This document shows positions 61,440-64,000 of a stretch of DNA of 64,000 bases, piece by piece. This stretch comes from Octopus sinensis (Eukaryota). The notes beneath the pieces were generated by a model that ran no database searches, was not told the DNA's origin, and saw nothing but the letters and a program-made list of their open reading frames with translations. Within the stretch, counting starts at the first letter, position 1. Every line of letters starts with the position of its first letter. A program made the position numbers and the translations under genes. Location: contig NC_043026.1 of NCBI RefSeq assembly GCF_006345805.1, positions 14,053,579-14,117,578 of the forward strand, read 5' to 3'.

Positions 61440-62950
61440 CTCTCCAAACCAATTGAAGGGTTACTTTCAGATCCCTGATGGCAGATAAAATGCTAACATG
61501 TCTTGCAAACAACTGTGACCTACAAATCCTCTACATCCGACTTCGATAGGAAAATGTTCCGCTTTCCAGCCTGCGTCTTCACATTCCTCGAGGAGGTTTT
61601 CATAACGGTTCAATTTTCGAGCCCGAGTGGCGTCCATATTATCTTCGTGAGGAACCGTTAGCTCAACTATATTTACAACTTTCTTTCTTTCACACCGCAT
61701 TAAAAATCTGGTTTTTTCGAAACTGGGATGGGAAAGAAAACCTGGCACCCAGGTAAATCTGCAGTTACCTCCCAATAGCCGTTCCACTTTTCATTTTTCT
61801 CAGGAAGTTTCTTGGTCTTCTTCTTGAAACGGATCCGCTGACCTGGTCGCACGAAGTTAATGAAATCTCTTGATGGTACTTTTAACGATTTTTCCTCAGT
61901 GTTGTTGAGATGAATTTGGTTCTTTATAACATTGAAGATAACCTTAAGGACCAAGTTGTGCCTCCATGTGTACCTGTTCAATGCTAATGAACAGTTGGAA
62001 AGAATATGTTTTAGTGTACCGACCTTTCCACATTTGCAGATGTCATTCTCTAAGACGTTCCATCTTACTAGATTCGTAGGTGATGGCAAAACATCATAAG
62101 ATGAACGAATCAGGAAACTCAGCCGAGATGTCGTCCACTTCCACATCTCATCCCAACTTATCTTCCTCTCAACAACATGTTCTTCCCATCTCGTCATCTG
62201 ACCTTGATGAACACATCGGATCAAATGAAGATCTCTTCTCTCTGCTTCTCTTGTTTTGACGCTGTTGCTAACAACAGATCTGCGTTCACACGGCATCATG
62301 CTTGCAAACGGTCTGAACTGATCTGCGCCAAAACCAAATCCTTTCCGAGGGTTCTGCGTTGCTCCCACCATATCTCTGTGTATAAGAGAAGACAAGATGT
62401 TGTCAGTTTCTGCTTCTGCTTTCCACTTCCTGGCCGTTTTCACCTCTAGTGGGTTACGCCTAATTTCCATATCCTTCGATTCTCTCAGCACCATGACCGT
62501 CCGTATCTTCCCCAACTTATATATTTCAACTATTGATGCTATTGGTAGCTGCAACGAACCTCTTTTACGATAAAGAGCTGAGCTGTTCAACATACGAGGT
62601 AGACCTAGCCACTTTCTAATGAACACATTACATTTTTGTTCAATCCTTTCAACTCGTGACAATGCTACTTCGTATATTTAAAGTGGCCACGCAAGTCGCG
62701 GGTACAAGCCGAACTGCAAGCACCAAATTTTATATTTACCTGGTAACTTCGAATCATCAATCGCTGATAACCCAGCCTCGGCCTGTTTCATAATTTCAAT
62801 CCCACGACTTCTGTCTGACAATGTTCCAGCGTATACTCGTCCCAAGCTCTTGACGGGCTCTTCCTTGACTGTTGGAATGCTTTTTTCAGAAATGAAAAGA
62901 GATGCAGCCATTGTTGCCAATTGTGTGGAACTTAGGGATTTAGAAAATAT
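61440..62950 (-). mobile_element. Hero-like (RLE-type) non-LTR retrotransposon 3' part
   Basis: LSFLIRSSYDVLPSPTNLVRW, CKCGKVGTLKHILSNC (CCHC), RYTWRHN, KPDF...IVELTVPHE...ARKLNRY...PIEVGCRGF (PD-D/ExK endonuclease). Confidence 0.85.
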
Positions 62951-63269
62951 CAAACTTTAAAAATCTTTAGTACACAGAGCTCAGATGAAAATAGGAGAAA
63001 TCTCGTGATTTAACAGCCATACAGAGCTCTCGGTCATTGGCTCAATACATACATATATACATTCCTATAACAATAGAATCTGACTAGAAGGAGATTTGGC
63101 TGTTATTTCTATGAGGGTTAGCTACTCTAAAGCATTCTCCTTCCTTGCTTCGCGCATACATTCAATGTCCGATGCATTAACAATGATGTCATTCCCTGCA
63201 TAAATAAGAGTCCTTTCTTCTAAAGGCACAAGGCCTGACATTTCGTAGGGAAGCGGACGGTTGACTACA

Positions 63270-63410
63270 TCGGCCTCAGTACTCAAATGATACTTGTTTT
63301 ATTGACCCTGGGCAGATGAAACCAAAGACGACCTTGGTGGAATTTGAACTTGAAACGTAGCTATGAGTGAAATACCACTAAGCATTTCGCCCAGTATGCT
63401 AACGATTCTT
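63270..63410 (-). mobile_element. SINE family D, diverged
   Basis: Reverse complement of head and core. Confidence 0.65.
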
Positions 63411-63532
63411 AATAATGATAATAATAATAACTATAATGAGCTTATTGTATACGATATTAGGGTCACTACAACTTATTGGAAAAGGTATGCCTGTATGTGT
63501 GTATGTATATGGCTGTGTTTGTAGGTACGTGT

Positions 63533-63570
<38 letters not shown>

Positions 63571-64000
63571 GTATGTATGTATATATATATATATATTATA
63601 TATATATGTACATGTGTGTGTGTGTAGCTATATATGTATGTATACAAATTTAAATTTGAGGATGGGATTTTTCCATATAAAGAAAGAAGGCAAAATAAGT
63701 GAATATGATTGGTTCAGAAACATGAAACACTTGAATGGAAATGCATGGAGAGGTGGTGGTGGTGGTAATGTTGGAGATGGTGTAAAGAGAGAAAGAAAGA
63801 ATATAGAATTGGATGGGAGGTGGGGAGAGGGTGTCATTCACATAGTTTGTGGTAATCTGAGATAGGCATGTCGACGTAATCTGGCTAACATATACTACAA
63901 CACACCAACATATACACACACATACCTATACATTACAACAGCCACATACTTTTAAACCAAGATACATACCTATGACAAGGTTCTAGGACAGCACTCTTCG

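Overview
Eukaryotic, AT-rich, microsatellite- and transposon-dense genomic DNA. The SINE, LINE and Penelope content is most consistent with an octopus (coleoid cephalopod); this is an inference. Two host genes are supported. (1) RNF207 (RING, B-box, coiled coil) on the minus strand: eight coding exons with phase-compatible GT-AG junctions run from 30253 down to 8155 and continue off the left edge, and a 20-codon uORF has its stop overlapping the main ATG (TAATG). (2) The terminal coding exon of an alpha-1,3-fucosyltransferase (GT10) on the plus strand, 54884-55205; its upstream exons were not found. The rest is mobile DNA: a near full-length Tx1/L1-clade LINE plus a second truncated copy, fragments of CR1-, RTE-, R4/Dong- and Hero-type LINEs, Penelope-like elements, Helitrons, a mariner fragment, a Merlin-type MITE, four tRNA-headed SINE families (labelled A-D here), a minisatellite-bearing (GAT)n-tailed element (family E) and several tandem arrays. 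Most notable: three stacked ORF1-only Tx1-derived retroelements apparently inserted at one site in a SINE head (46950-51078); an inverted pair of intact minimal hammerhead ribozymes in a fold-back element (32323-32444), plus two decayed hammerheads elsewhere; a 3' tail shared by the Tx1 LINE and SINE family D; and a 19-unit 137-bp satellite built from a retroelement 3' end. Repeat boundaries were read by eye and are approximate unless a TSD or splice site is quoted.
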